Origin: Antedon mediterranea
Taxonomy: Eukaryota > Animalia > Echinodermata
NCBI RefSeq assembly: GCF_964355755.1
Contig: NC_092678.1
Span: forward strand, 19,051,365 to 19,115,364
Reading direction: 5' to 3'
Length of the DNA stretch: 64,000 nt
Shown here one piece after another: positions 52,040 through 63,860 of the stretch; within the stretch, counting starts at the first letter, position 1, and every line of letters starts with the position of its first letter. Under the pieces are notes generated by a model. The model searched no databases and had not been told where the DNA came from. It saw only the letters and a program-made list of their open reading frames with translations. The position numbers and the translations under genes are program-made.

Positions 52040-52340
52040 AGATATTATTAGTTACACCCTGCTTGTTCACGGAATACGGGAAATATCTACGTTCTGGTTC
52101 CATATTCCATGAGGCCGAAGGCCGAATGGAATATGGAACCAGAACGTAGATATTTCCCATATTTCGTAAGAACAAGCAGGGGGCAACAATTTTATCTCTT
52201 AGAATACATCAACAATGCGCGCGTAGAAACATCAAAAAGGTAATACGGGATATATTACCCTTCTGATCCGCTTGACTGAGTAAATGGGCGTAATACGGAA
52301 TTATATCTAATACATATTGACCAATCGGATTACAGAATTC
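52040..52340. mobile_element. Foldback-containing non-autonomous DNA element with a GAGGCCGAAGGCCGA loop
   Basis: Arms of ~60 bp (52051-52110 and 52126-52187), perfect over 33 bp. Confidence 0.7.
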
Positions 52341-54220
52341 ACGTACACTAAGAGATAAAGCTCTATATCTATTAAGGTACCTACTAATAAGTAGATTTTA
52401 GGCAGATTTTAGATAGGTCCTAATAGGTTTTACCTCATTAGCATAATTCAAAACCCCTACTAATAGTATTAGATAGATGTTTCACTATTTTTAATCTGTG
52501 AGTAACACAGTTGTATACATCTATCTATTGTCTACTTATAATAGCTATACAATGGGCTACCAGCAACCTATTAATAGACATAAACTGATAATAGCCAGTA
52601 ACTGTTAATAAACTATCTATTTTATACAATAGATAGATATGGACTACCAGATAGCTATTAGAAATCTATGAGTATCATATCTATCAACTGTCTACTTATA
52701 ATAGCTATACTTGGGCTACCAATAACCTATCAATAGACTGTTAACAAATAATTAATAGCCAGTAACTATTAATCAACTATCTTTTTTATATAGCTGGGAA
52801 TTAAGTAGTCATTCCATCGTCGTTGACTTATTGAGTTAAAATCCTTAGTAGGCGAGATAAAAAGGTCTACTTAAAAACTATTAGGGCTACTAAAAATAGA
52901 GCTATTTCTACTTACGACTACTTAAATCTACTAATTTTTTTTGCTATGGGAATTCTTTACACATAATTTAAGTAGGGCTTATATTCTATGATAAGTAACA
53001 CATCTATATTTTCAAGCTTACACTATGAAATGTGTTGCATTGAGATGCAGAAAAAGATTTAAGAAACCTACAAGTACTGTAAAGGTATTCCTCATGCCAC
53101 TTTTAAGATAGGTCTCTAATGACATCATATTGGCACATTTCTTCATAGCTGCACATCTAATAGCTTCTTCCACTGTTTTTATCCACCATAAACTCTTTTG
53201 CCATTCTTCCTTTACACTCATTTTGTAAACAACACATCAGCCTTCTTTATATACAACTTTACAGCAAATGTTTTTCACACCGACAAATCAAGTCAAACAA
53301 GTCACCTCTTTTAATCAAACTTTTGAACAATCTCCTTTTCTAATTTTATCTTAAAAACTGTATTATAATAATATAGTATGTGTACTGTGTATTACAATGT
53401 TGTATTTTTCCATTGACTTTGTTAGGCTTTCAGAACTGTTTTTGTTTATCGAAAATAAATTTACCTAGTCGTCGAAGCATGAATGATTTCATTTTCCATG
53501 CCCCATATTTAGTAGCTTTTTGTAGCATAATGTCTACTAGCAAACTATGGGAATGTAAGATAATTCAAAGTTAATTATAATCAAGGTTATAATTTCCTGT
53601 CATACAACTTTCATTCAATTGCACCCGTGGTGTGCCATATTTACTCAAATAAACTCTGACTCTACACTTTCAAGTTTCTAAAACTATACAACTTTATAAT
53701 AAATAAGTTATGTCTACTCTCCTACAAGACTCTCTGAAGAACAGAAACTCTACCAAAACTTAAGTTCAAAAGATTCCAAATCCGTTTTTTACCATAAAAA
53801 CACATTTTTTCAGAGAAAAAAAAGATTAGGCCAGCCCAATGGTGTCCGGTAATGGGACTGTAGACTGTAGTACCATAACTGTCATCGAAAACTGCTAATT
53901 CTAAATTTGGTAACCCATATGCAATTTTTCATTCATTTTCAATAGTTGGCATAATAAACTTTGACCTGTTTTTTTGTTGTTGGTAGTGATGGTCAGGGGT
54001 ATAATATTATTACAACAAAAAAATAATTTGCATACACGTTTTTGTGAAGATAAAAAAAATCAGAAAATAAGAGTTGGAATTGAACAAAGGACTATGAATT
54101 GATACATAATGTCAACCATCAATCCACAGTTCTGCTAGTTCATAGAATCCAAGGATTACTGTACATTTAGTGGAAATCCTTGGTAAAATAATTAAAAAAG
54201 GAAAAACATGATAATTTTAC

Positions 54221-54364
54221 CAGTGAAAATTGGAGAAGGTCCAGTAGAAGTTTAATGACTGGAACATCAAGACTAATGTCATCCCTGTTTTGTGATGAAT
54301 TCTCTAAAAGATGAAACTCCTTGATAAAATGTACCACTATTGAATTATCACACTCTGCAACTTC
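54221..54364 (-). CDS. Minus-strand gene, coding exon 3
   Basis: tttatAG and GTAAAA sites, 48 open codons. Encodes EVAECDNSIVVHFIKEFHLLE...VPVIKLLLDLLQFSL. Confidence 0.75.
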
Positions 54365-54438
54365 CTATAAAAACAAAGAAGTTATAATTAAAATATATAG
54401 TTGTTGTATTTTTATTTATTTTTATTTTCTGCCTAACT

Positions 54439-54623
54439 TACCTGGATAAACCAACATAGGCCTTTTCAGAACAGAGTTGATGTTGAGGTATGTGGGTGCG
54501 GGTTCACCCACTTAAAGGTGCTAGTCATAGATGATACCAATGTCTTGGAGGGGTGTTCACAACCCTTTTCCAATAATGTTCTCTTCAAAAGGAAAAGGGC
54601 CTATTGGTACATTTATCCAGGTA
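54439..54623. mobile_element. Short TIR element (ACCTGGATAAA / TTTATCCAGGT family)
   Basis: Inverted termini followed by TAGGCC / GGCCTA. Related single ends occur near 27856, 28365 and 26995. Confidence 0.5.
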
Positions 54624-55412
54624 TAGTGCACTCAAGAAACTAATAACATCATTACTTGTGTTTATATGATCAGAAAAGTGTATTTAAAACACAGTACTTG
54701 TAGCTGGAGAAGTATTCGCAGATTATTGGTTGATTTTTATATCAGAGTTGTCACACGCAATTATGCAATTGAATATTTCTAGTTTCCAGATGAAGAACTA
54801 TAACTCAAGTTTTTATTTTTACCACACCTAGGCCTTCAACTTTTTGTGAACCAAATGCTAAATAGTGACATAGGCCTATATTTTTTAATCAAATCAATCA
54901 CTTTCAAGTGATTAAATTGTCTAAGTGAGTTTCTAAATTTTAAGAAGCAATCATTCTGAGACTTTCTCATGCATGACCACTCCCCTGATTAGGATGGGCG
55001 TAAACATTGCTTGTTATGCATTTTAAAATTAATAATTAAAATGTATTACGTAGCTGCAGTGAGTCTATTGTCTGTCTAATTCATCCAAAGTGTAGAATAT
55101 AGAACTATTCATACAATGGTAGGACCTGTGTATATTTTATGCATATTTAGAATTTGAATAACTATTTAATGCAAATAAAATTAATTATTTAAATGAATTC
55201 TCTGACTACAGTGAGTTATATTGTGTTACTGTATCTAACAACGATTAGATTTTGACAACATTAACTTTAATTCATCTAATGCAAACACTAATAAAAGTAT
55301 TATAGTGTTTAATATTTATTTATGCAAATTTTTAATTCAAATATTAACTGAATAATGCAAAGATATTAAGTAATAAATGTATTGTGGCTGTATAAGTGAG
55401 TATTGTATAGCT

Positions 55413-55747
55413 GGAGAGTGAGTGAGTGGCCGAGCGGTTAAGACAGTGGAACCGTAATTACGTAGCCATAACATCGGTAAGGGTTCGAGGCTCACCCACT
55501 CCATGGTTCTGGTGGTAGAACGAGTCTTCTCGGATAAGGACTATAAACCGTAGGTCCAGTGTACACAACTAGCTCGTGTGCACTTTAAAGAACCTAGTAC
55601 ATCTTTCGAGATGAGTAGGGGGTTACCCCGGTGTATTAGTGCATCACAGCCACTGTTCACCAACTGGGCCCTCTGGGAGATCAGTCTGTGACTGAAGAGG
55701 TCACACAGTATAAAAATGAACTAACAAACAAATAACAAACAAATAAC
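55413..55747 (+). mobile_element. Full-length tRNA-head Deu-domain SINE
   Basis: A box GTGGCCGAGCGG, B box GGTTCGAG, a Deu/Nin-like core (CGGATAAGGACTATAAACCGTAGGTCC...TTAAAGAACC...GAGTAGGGGGTTACCCCGGTGT), and an (AAAC/AAAT)n tail. Confidence 0.85.
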
Positions 55748-56453
55748 TGGGAAACGTTTATTCAGAAGTATAGATTTTACTAAAAATTATAATACAGCAG
55801 TACTTTTAAATACACAGTTAAAACTGTGTTTTTTACAGGAGTATAATTTATGTAAATTCATAAATTGAATACTAATACATGCAAAGGCAAATAAATATCG
55901 CCAAATCATTCAAAAAATGGTTTTGATTATTATAGCAATAATATTGAAGCAAACTAAAATTAAATATAAATGTGGTGACCCAGAAACCTGGTAAATGTCA
56001 CCTAATTTTATTCACGAATCACCATGGAAACCATTAATAAATAAACAGAATATGAACAGCTTAAGGAAGGCTTGCGGAACAGGTGATGCATGTGGGTAGA
56101 AAAAAAACCAAATTGTTACTTCTTTCAACGCAACGATTAACAGCTGAGGAAATGAGATCATGAGGTACGACGATGTCTAGAAGTAGTAGACAGCCAATCA
56201 TAACACTGCATCAGAGTCATGTGACAGCTACTTAACTTTTAAGTAGTAATATAACTACTCAGGGGAATGAATGAGCTGCATCATCGAAAAATTCCCAGTT
56301 CGTTACAAATTGATGATTTAACGAATATGAATATTAAATTTGTTTTCAAAATAATCAACACATGTTTATCAAGTGTGAATGTTCTCTTAGTATTATTATC
56401 AATTAGTCTTTGTGCAAAAAAAATTGTAATAACGTTTGAGAGTTACACCTTAA

Positions 56454-57000
56454 AGATGTATTGTCCCTTTGTCAAATTCCAAAAAAATAAAAATTAGAAG
56501 ATTTAAAAAAAAAGTGGGTCATTTTGAAGTATCATAATAGTTATTAACTTTCTCCAAAAATTAGTCGGAAAAAAAAATTATTTAACTGAAATATAGACGT
56601 TTTTTAGTTTTAAAAAAAACTGTGACTTCCAGTCAAAGTTTTCGATCAAAACATATCTCATAATGCAACGCGCTTGTTTGGCTACTCTGTATGCATAATC
56701 ATAAACTTCCTCGCGATCTGTGTGAAAACACCTTCTCAACCGTGACGAGTTGTAAACAATCCTAATTAGGATCATGCATAATGCATACTCTTGGTTTGAA
56801 ATCTTTGTTTACTTTCTCTCGTGACGATTTTCCAGACGAAATGTAATCAAACTAATTTACCTGTTAATTACGTAAAATTGTTGTTTTTGGCACGAATTTT
56901 CGACTTAAAGTGAATAACTTTAATATTACTTTGATATGGCCAATTTAAATTTAGAATATTTTGACTTTCATTTTTTTGTGTTTCAAGGGACAATAAATCT
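56454..57000. mobile_element. Kolobok-like non-autonomous DNA transposon with TTAA TSD
   Basis: TTAA|AGATGTATTGTCCCTT...AAGGGACAATAAATCT|TTAA. Confidence 0.75.
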
Positions 57001-58479
57001 TTAAACAAATTCAATTTCAACTAGTGTTTAACTTCAAGCTTAAAATGTACTTTCTTGTACTTGTATACTTGTACATGCTTCAGTTTGGGCATTGGAATAC
57101 ATAGAGAGGGCCTTCTTTGTGTACCACACACTTTAGCAAGTTTACCCAGAGTTTTTCGGAACTAGAGATAACTGCCATGTGTTGCGTCTGGTCAGATGAA
57201 AGGGGCTACCCGAAAATTGTATAGATGTTGTGCTGCTGCACAATAATTAAAAGATGAAGGTATTAGCAAAATGACCAGGTACAATTACTTTGGCTAACAT
57301 GCAGTGCTTGTTGAAGGCATGGCCTGGTGAAGGGATTCGTACTGGTGTACATGTCTTGAGCTGTTATGTTCCCTCTGTGCTTGGAGGATGACTGTTGTTG
57401 GTAAAGGATTCCATACGGGGAATGCATCCTCTCACCTACTGATTTTGATGTTGTAAGTGAATTTTGGGATAGTGTCTGTACTCACATTGGTCATGTATGT
57501 GGCATCGTTGTTTGTCTATAGTGCATCTATCTGTCTGACGGCTTAGTTTTATCAACTATGACCTTGTCTTGATAAAAACATAAGTAATAAAACTCGTCCT
57601 AAAACATGAATATCTCTCTCAAACTAAAAAAAATATTTTAAAAGATTGTCAAGTAGAGAATTACTGCAACCCGGCAATACCCTCAATACAAGCTCACTGA
57701 GCCATCCAACTCGTCGATTCAATCGGGTTTTACTTTGTATATGAATGAATAAAACATATACCTAAGCATTTTAACCGACCAATTAGCATGATCATTTTGA
57801 ACTTTGTTTGGGTGATATTTCCAAACATCCCAATGCTTCCGAAGACATGCCGAAGATGACGTACTTAAATAAAATAATAAAATTCACTTTGGCTCAGATA
57901 TATACTGTTTTGTATGTTTTTTAGCGTTTCCAACACTCTTAAAACCATTCCAAAATGCTGGCTACAACATAAATATCTAGGGAATTTTAGGTCATTACCT
58001 GATTTCTTTCTACAAAAGTATTAAGTGTGTCCTGTGAAAGCTTTAGTTGTGTCCAGCGGTGGTTCCGGGGACATTGCGTCAAGAGAATGTGAGTCTTCAG
58101 CTGTTTTTGCTGACTAAGTTGACAATCCAGGTTTCTCAAATTCTTCAAATAATCTAGCTTATTACTCTTATGATTCTCCTTATTTTGATACCACACACTT
58201 TGGCAAGTTTGGTGACAAGGCTGGCTTAGGAGTCTGTTTTCAGCTGTTTGGAATTATTTTGCTGACCACAAAGTTAACAATCCTCATGGTTCCTACCCTC
58301 ATGCGTTGCCTTGTGATCTGACGTGTGGTACACGTTAGCAGTTGGTTTCTTAAACTGTTTGGAGTTCCACTTCGTTGTTGACAAACCAGTTTCTCCTTCA
58401 TTCTGCCATGTGGTACACATGTTGCACACGTGTCATTTAGATGTCAATCTTTCTGAAATCATTGAACAAAGTATCTTAC

Positions 58480-58581
58480 CTCTAATGCTCTGGCAATTTC
58501 ATCAACAATTTGTGGTGATAGGTTGACATTTCTCTGTATCAAAAGTCGTTTGTTTATCAATCCTGATGCAATATTTGCCAT
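58480..58581 (-). CDS. Minus-strand gene, coding exon 2
   Basis: ttgtttAG and GTAAGA sites, 34 codons, phase 0 to 0. Encodes MANIASGLINKRLLIQRNVNLSPQIVDEIARALE. Confidence 0.75.
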
Positions 58582-58644
58582 CTAAACAAGAGCAAACAGA
58601 AAAATAATAAAGTATAGTATAATGTCACTAATTATTCATTTTAA

Positions 58645-59014
58645 CTTTTATTTATTTAATTATTTATTTATTCGACTTCTCACTAACTCAGTTAGTGAAG
58701 GATCTGGACCAACAGGTGGTAAACACCTCTAAAACGACCCAGTCCCAATTTGCACAGTGGCTGTGTGTGACAGTGGCTGTGTTTGTGTGGACTAGTACAC
58801 CGGGGTAACCCCCTACTCGTCTCGAAAGATGTACTAGGTTCTTTAAAGTGCGCATGAGCTATGTGTACACTGGACCTACGGTTTATAGTCCTTATCCGAG
58901 AAGACTCGTTCTACCACCAGAACCATGGAGCGAGTGAGCCTCGAACCCTTGCTGATGTTATGGCTACTTAATTACGGTTCCACTGTCTTAACCGCTCGGC
59001 CACTCACTCACTCA
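58645..59014 (-). mobile_element. Full-length Deu-domain SINE, inverted relative to the 55413 copy, with a different 3' tail
   Basis: Head and core are near-identical to the reverse complement of 55415-55640. The tail is unrelated (AGAGGTGTTTACCACCTGTTGGTCC...GAATAAATAAATA). Confidence 0.85.
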
Positions 59015-61101
59015 CAGTAACTGCTTGTCTTGTGACACTTGTAGTTTTTTAAAAAGTGCAAAATCAATTTCCGTATGTCCTTTAACTACAGGAAGGCAAT
59101 GCCCCTACAAGAAAACTGTAGTTGGACATACATAACATTCACTGGTTTCTTGGAGCACAAAAATATTAATGTTTAAAAGCATCCTAGTCTTCTGCTTAAA
59201 AAAAAGTAAATGATTCAATCCAAAATAAATGACTTCTATAGCTAAGAAAGCCTACTATTAGTATTATTTCTTTCTTACAGTAGGTGTACAGTATATTAGG
59301 CCTAGGCGTACATGTCTCTTGTATTTCTTCACTGGGCCTATTCTTACAATAAGAACTAAAAACTAATGAGGTAGTGTTAAATACAAATATGTGGCTCTTC
59401 AGACTTGCTTGCCATTAGCCACTCATGCTAAATACTCTATAAGCTACAAAACACTGGAGTTAGACCGAACAACTTTTAAACGCTTTGATTTCAATTAATG
59501 CAGTGCAACGATAGCCCTAGTTTACTGTATGTGTATCTATGTATCTGCCTGTTGAACACTATCATGTCATCTCTATTCAAGACACTGGAGTTCGAAAAAA
59601 CCCAACCACTCTTAAACTGATTAGTGCAATGTAACGATGTTACAGTTTCTACTTGTGTGTACGTACTGTCTGCTTGTTGAACATTGCTGAATAAAACATT
59701 ACATGTACAGTATGTCAATAATGACAGTTACAATGACCTTTTACAAGCTAAATAAACAACACCTGCAAATTATTGACATATTATGTCACAGTCATTATAT
59801 ATGTGACAGTGAATTATAATTTCTTTCCACTACAAACAGGCCAAATCAGTGGTGAGGTGGTCGCAATTGAAAAGGTAAATAATCTATGTAATGGCCACAT
59901 GTCTGCCTCTCTGAAAAAGTGGTAGGGTTGAAACCTCACCAACCGTACTAGTGGCTATACGGCACTGCAAATTTTGTAAATTATGCGAACTATAACTTTG
60001 TAATTAGAAAAAAGAAAGTCAAAGGTCAGGAAAATGAGCTGCAAACAGAATTAAAGAATGCTATTTTTTGCTATAACTAATGGAACAACATCACATAGTT
60101 TTACTAATATTATCAAACCTATATTTCTAGGGTAGGCTACGATAGGGTACAGTACAGGCATCCAATGTTATGATTATTTTTATAAAGGTTTTTGCATTAT
60201 GTCTCCCTATCTAAGATTTATCATGCATAATTTAATGGATGCAAACATTTGTTTCAGACATTTCAATGTTATTAAATGTAGCTTCAGATAGCACAGTCAG
60301 TAGAAATATTAATGTATGTTTCAGAATGTTATTGCAAAAGGAACTACGTCTACATGCACTGACAGCTTTACTACACAAGATTAATTTGTTCCTGTGGTTT
60401 TATGACTAATTATCATTAGATACACTAACATTAGTAAGATGTCTAAGTTGATGTTAGAGGCAAACTATAGGGTGTTTCAACATTATCGTTAATTTATCGG
60501 CAAACATTGCATTATCTTGTTGTTGTTCAATTACAGTACTTCCTTTTTTTCAAATAAATAAATGTTGAAAAAATAATAAAATCATACCAATAAAGGACAT
60601 TTTTTTTAAAGTATAGCCTAAATCTGACAACATCTAACACTTTTTTGTGTTACGCCTCTGATGTCATGAAGGACCATCAGGCTACAAAGCTTTGCAGGGA
60701 AAGAGGAGGTTCTGCAAGTATAAATATTTCTCAATGGATCCTAGAGTGACGTGCCAGCTAAATCTGTGGTAAAACATGACTGAAAGCTGATCATTCAAAA
60801 TACAACATTTAGGCCTATCCGCTAATATCTGAGGCTGACAGAAACCCGACATATTCACTAATTACACTTCGCATGGAAACACTTAGGCCTACCACTAAAG
60901 TATATACTAAAAATTCACCTAAATGAATACCACTTTTTTTCAGAGAGAAATCCTTGTTATTGAATTAAGAGAGATACTACAGAATTTAATGGAAATATGT
61001 TACGTAAATTGTAATTGATGCCTTGAACCAGTATACTAATTCCAACAGATCTGTTAAATCGCACGTATAAATACTTAATGCGTAATAAATAAACAAATTA
61101 C

Positions 61102-61266
61102 CTGATCCGGTGTTTTAAGCTGATGCATAAGTTCATAATCTGTTGCGGAACGTGGTCGAAAGCTAATAACGCTGCCGCGTACATCGTCGTCTAATAATTG
61201 AGGCTCCGATTGTCTATTTCCTTTTTTCTTCGCCTTCACCTTTTTCTTCTTCCTTAACCCGTCCAT
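61102..61266 (-). CDS. Minus-strand gene, first coding exon (basic, NLS-like N-terminus)
   Basis: ATG with upstream in-frame stops. Encodes MDGLRKKKKVKAKKKGNRQSEPQ...LKTPDQ, then a GTAATT donor. An acceptor near 61410 implies an upstream 5' UTR exon. Confidence 0.72.
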
Positions 61267-61639
61267 TCTTACCCTCGATCAAGATCACAGTTGATTGTTT
61301 TAATTGTTGCGATCAGAAACAAATCAAGAGATAGTTGTCGAAACTGTACAATTTATTCATCGCAGTTCACATCATGTTGTTACTTTCAGTCTAGTGCATT
61401 TGAGAATTCCTGAAAATATAAATGAAACCAACCCGATCATTTAACAACTTTTTATATTTTAAATGTATTGGGGTATATGTTTTGCTTTTGCTTGTTACTG
61501 AATTGTTTAGCTAAGAGGACACCATTTAAAAGAATAAGTCCATCATCTGGACTTTCATGGGACTATTCAAGAGAAAATTATTACATATGAATAAGCAGAT
61601 TTTGAAAGTTCTACATATCATGAAGAAAATCATTAAAGT

Positions 61640-61800
61640 AAAGTTGTTATATATTCATGAGGAAAAATATGAAATACTCATGAGGAAAATGATTACATTG
61701 AGGAAAATTATTACATATTCATGAGGAAAACAATTACATATTCATGAGGAAAATAATTACATATTTATGAGGAAAATATTTACATATTCATGAGGAAAAT
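61640..61800. repeat. ~23-bp minisatellite TACATATTCATGAGGAAAATTAT (array 1)
   Basis: Directly visible; same unit as 63500-63860. Confidence 0.85.
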
Positions 61801-61964
61801 CACTTTCTTGCATATCTTTGTCGATCAAAGTTTAGAAAAAGATTATGATGAAAATATATATAAATTGTCTTTTTCAGCTTGTTTAAAGACTTTAATGTTT
61901 TGTTGTTTTTTTTGTTGCTATTTTTAATTGTAATGAATATTAATATGATTTATTTTCAATGGGT

Positions 61965-62310
61965 GATGCACGGCCATACTGCGTTGAAACACCGGTTCTC
62001 GTCAGATCACCGAAGTTAAGCAACGTTGGGCCCGGTTGCGTTCTGGATGCATGGAGACCGTCTAGAAATCGTGGCGGGTGCTGTATATACTGGAGAGTGA
62101 TGGTGTAATGGTAATATCGGACTAGCATGTGATAGGCATGGGTTCGAGGTTATCTGTACCATACTAATTGCATCCTTAGGCAAGATGCTTTACTCTCATT
62201 GCCTAATCTGGTAGGCGCTGCACTGCTGGCTGCCGTGGGTCCGTGGAGGGCCTAATCCGAATTTCCTCACTGAGGACAAATATTAATACAAAATACAAAA
62301 AAAATACAAA
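61965..62310 (+). mobile_element. Composite SINE: 5S rRNA-derived head + tRNA-like segment + CORE-like block + Rex1-like tail
   Basis: 61965-62086 closely follows 5S rRNA (ACGGCCATAC...CCGGTTCTCGTCAGATCACCGAAGTTAAGCAACG...GGGCCCGGTT...GGTGCTGTA), with indels in the 3' half and no oligo-T terminator. It continues with A box TGGTGTAATGG, B box GGTTCGAG, GCATCCTTAGGCAAGATGCTTTAC, and tail GAATTTCCTCACTGAGGACAAAT + (AATACA)n. Confidence 0.78.
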
Positions 62311-63499
62311 TGAATCAAATTTTCCAATTAAAAAAAAAAATATTACTGTTTTTTCATACTGATTTTTGCATTTTTAACAATATAATGTATTTAAACACAG
62401 AAGAAAGCATTGATTAGCTATGAATGAATGCTTTGTTTTTAAAGCTGTAACAAGTGTATATAATGTCCATTTATTATTATTTCCAAACAGATGGCAAACA
62501 TTTTCACTGATAACCAAATAAATCATATCAAATTGCCAATAAATTCCTAATGTACCGGTATTGTATTTTCTCAAAATGTTTACGGTATTATGTTGTACAA
62601 ATTTCGAGAAATATAAGTCATCCAATAAAAAATAAGACACATAATTTTAAAAACTATGACTTATAATATTAAGTTAGATGATAATGAATATGAAAAAAAA
62701 TGTAGGATTTAAAAACAATACATTAAAATAATAAAATAGATGATAATGAATATGAACAAAAACATGTATTTGAAATCATGAACAATACACAGAAATGACA
62801 TGGCATAATATTCTATTGTACTCCTGAAATGATTAAATCAAAAGTAAAATTGTTATAGCATGCAAAACAATTATTAATATATTAAATTATTATCATGATA
62901 GCCATTTATGCTGTTATTATTATTACACATTTCGTTGATCAAATTATCAAATACTGAAAATGAAAACAACCTTTCTAATTGCTAATCCAAAAACAATTTT
63001 CATTTGTTCTGATAAAAATGACAAAGCGTATTTAAAATGATTATCAATAATAAGATAAAAAAATTAAAATACTCTGGAAAGGTCAAGAACAGATTTATGC
63101 GTTTATTTTCAACACTGATGATCAACCGAAACATTCCACGTCACAAATCTGTTACGTTTTTACTGTGATTTTATAATCGTATCGAACAGTTCGTTTGTGA
63201 CCTTAAAAAATGTATATTTTTTTTAATTGACCTTAAATACTTTCAGTAACACAATTATTGGTTTCTCTAGGAAGGCTACATTGCGTAATTAATTTCCCCC
63301 TTGGGAAGACCCCTGATACATTAATTATATCCTATGATAACTAATCGTTTTCCATCGCACATACTGTAGTTGTAATGTAGAGCTGTAAAACAGCATATGA
63401 TAAGTAGAAGGGACAGTTGGTGAATTAGGTACAGTATGTTGTATGATACAATCTGTAAATATAATGCCTTTTTTAGCCATACTCAAGAAACATTACATA

Positions 63500-63860
63500 C
63501 TGTATTCATGAAGAAAATTATTACATATTCATGAGGAAATTATTATATATTCATGAGAAAAATTATATACTCACAAGAAATATTATTACATATTCATTAG
63601 GACAATTATATTACATATTTATGATAAATATGTCTACATATTCGCATGAGGAAAGTTATTACATATTCATGAGGAAAATCATTACATATTCATGAGGAAA
63701 ATCATTACATATTCATGAGGAAAGTCAATACATATTCATGAGGAAAGTCAATACATATTCATGAGGAAAATTATTACATACTCATGAGGTAAAATTTGTA
63801 CAATCATGAGGAAAAGCATTATTTTTATCAGGAAAATTATTACATATTTATGAGAAATGA
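63500..63860. repeat. ~23-bp minisatellite TACATATTCATGAGGAAAATTAT (array 2)
   Basis: Directly visible. Confidence 0.88.

Noticed and set aside
55413-55500. tRNA gene (also 14380-14450, 1190-1255 and 62092-62155)
   Set aside because: A and B boxes are present but there is no complete cloverleaf. Each continues into SINE body and tail sequence.
57060-58470. Coding remnant in the GC-richer intronic stretch with short internal repeats
   Set aside because: No sustained frame or recognisable motif. Probably a decayed repeat.
61965-62086. Functional 5S rRNA gene
   Set aside because: It has indels in the 3' half and no oligo-T terminator, and it runs directly into tRNA-like and SINE body sequence.
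63105-63150. Minimal hammerhead ribozyme (CTGATGA-TCAACC-GAAAC)
   Set aside because: No pairing could be found for stems I or II.
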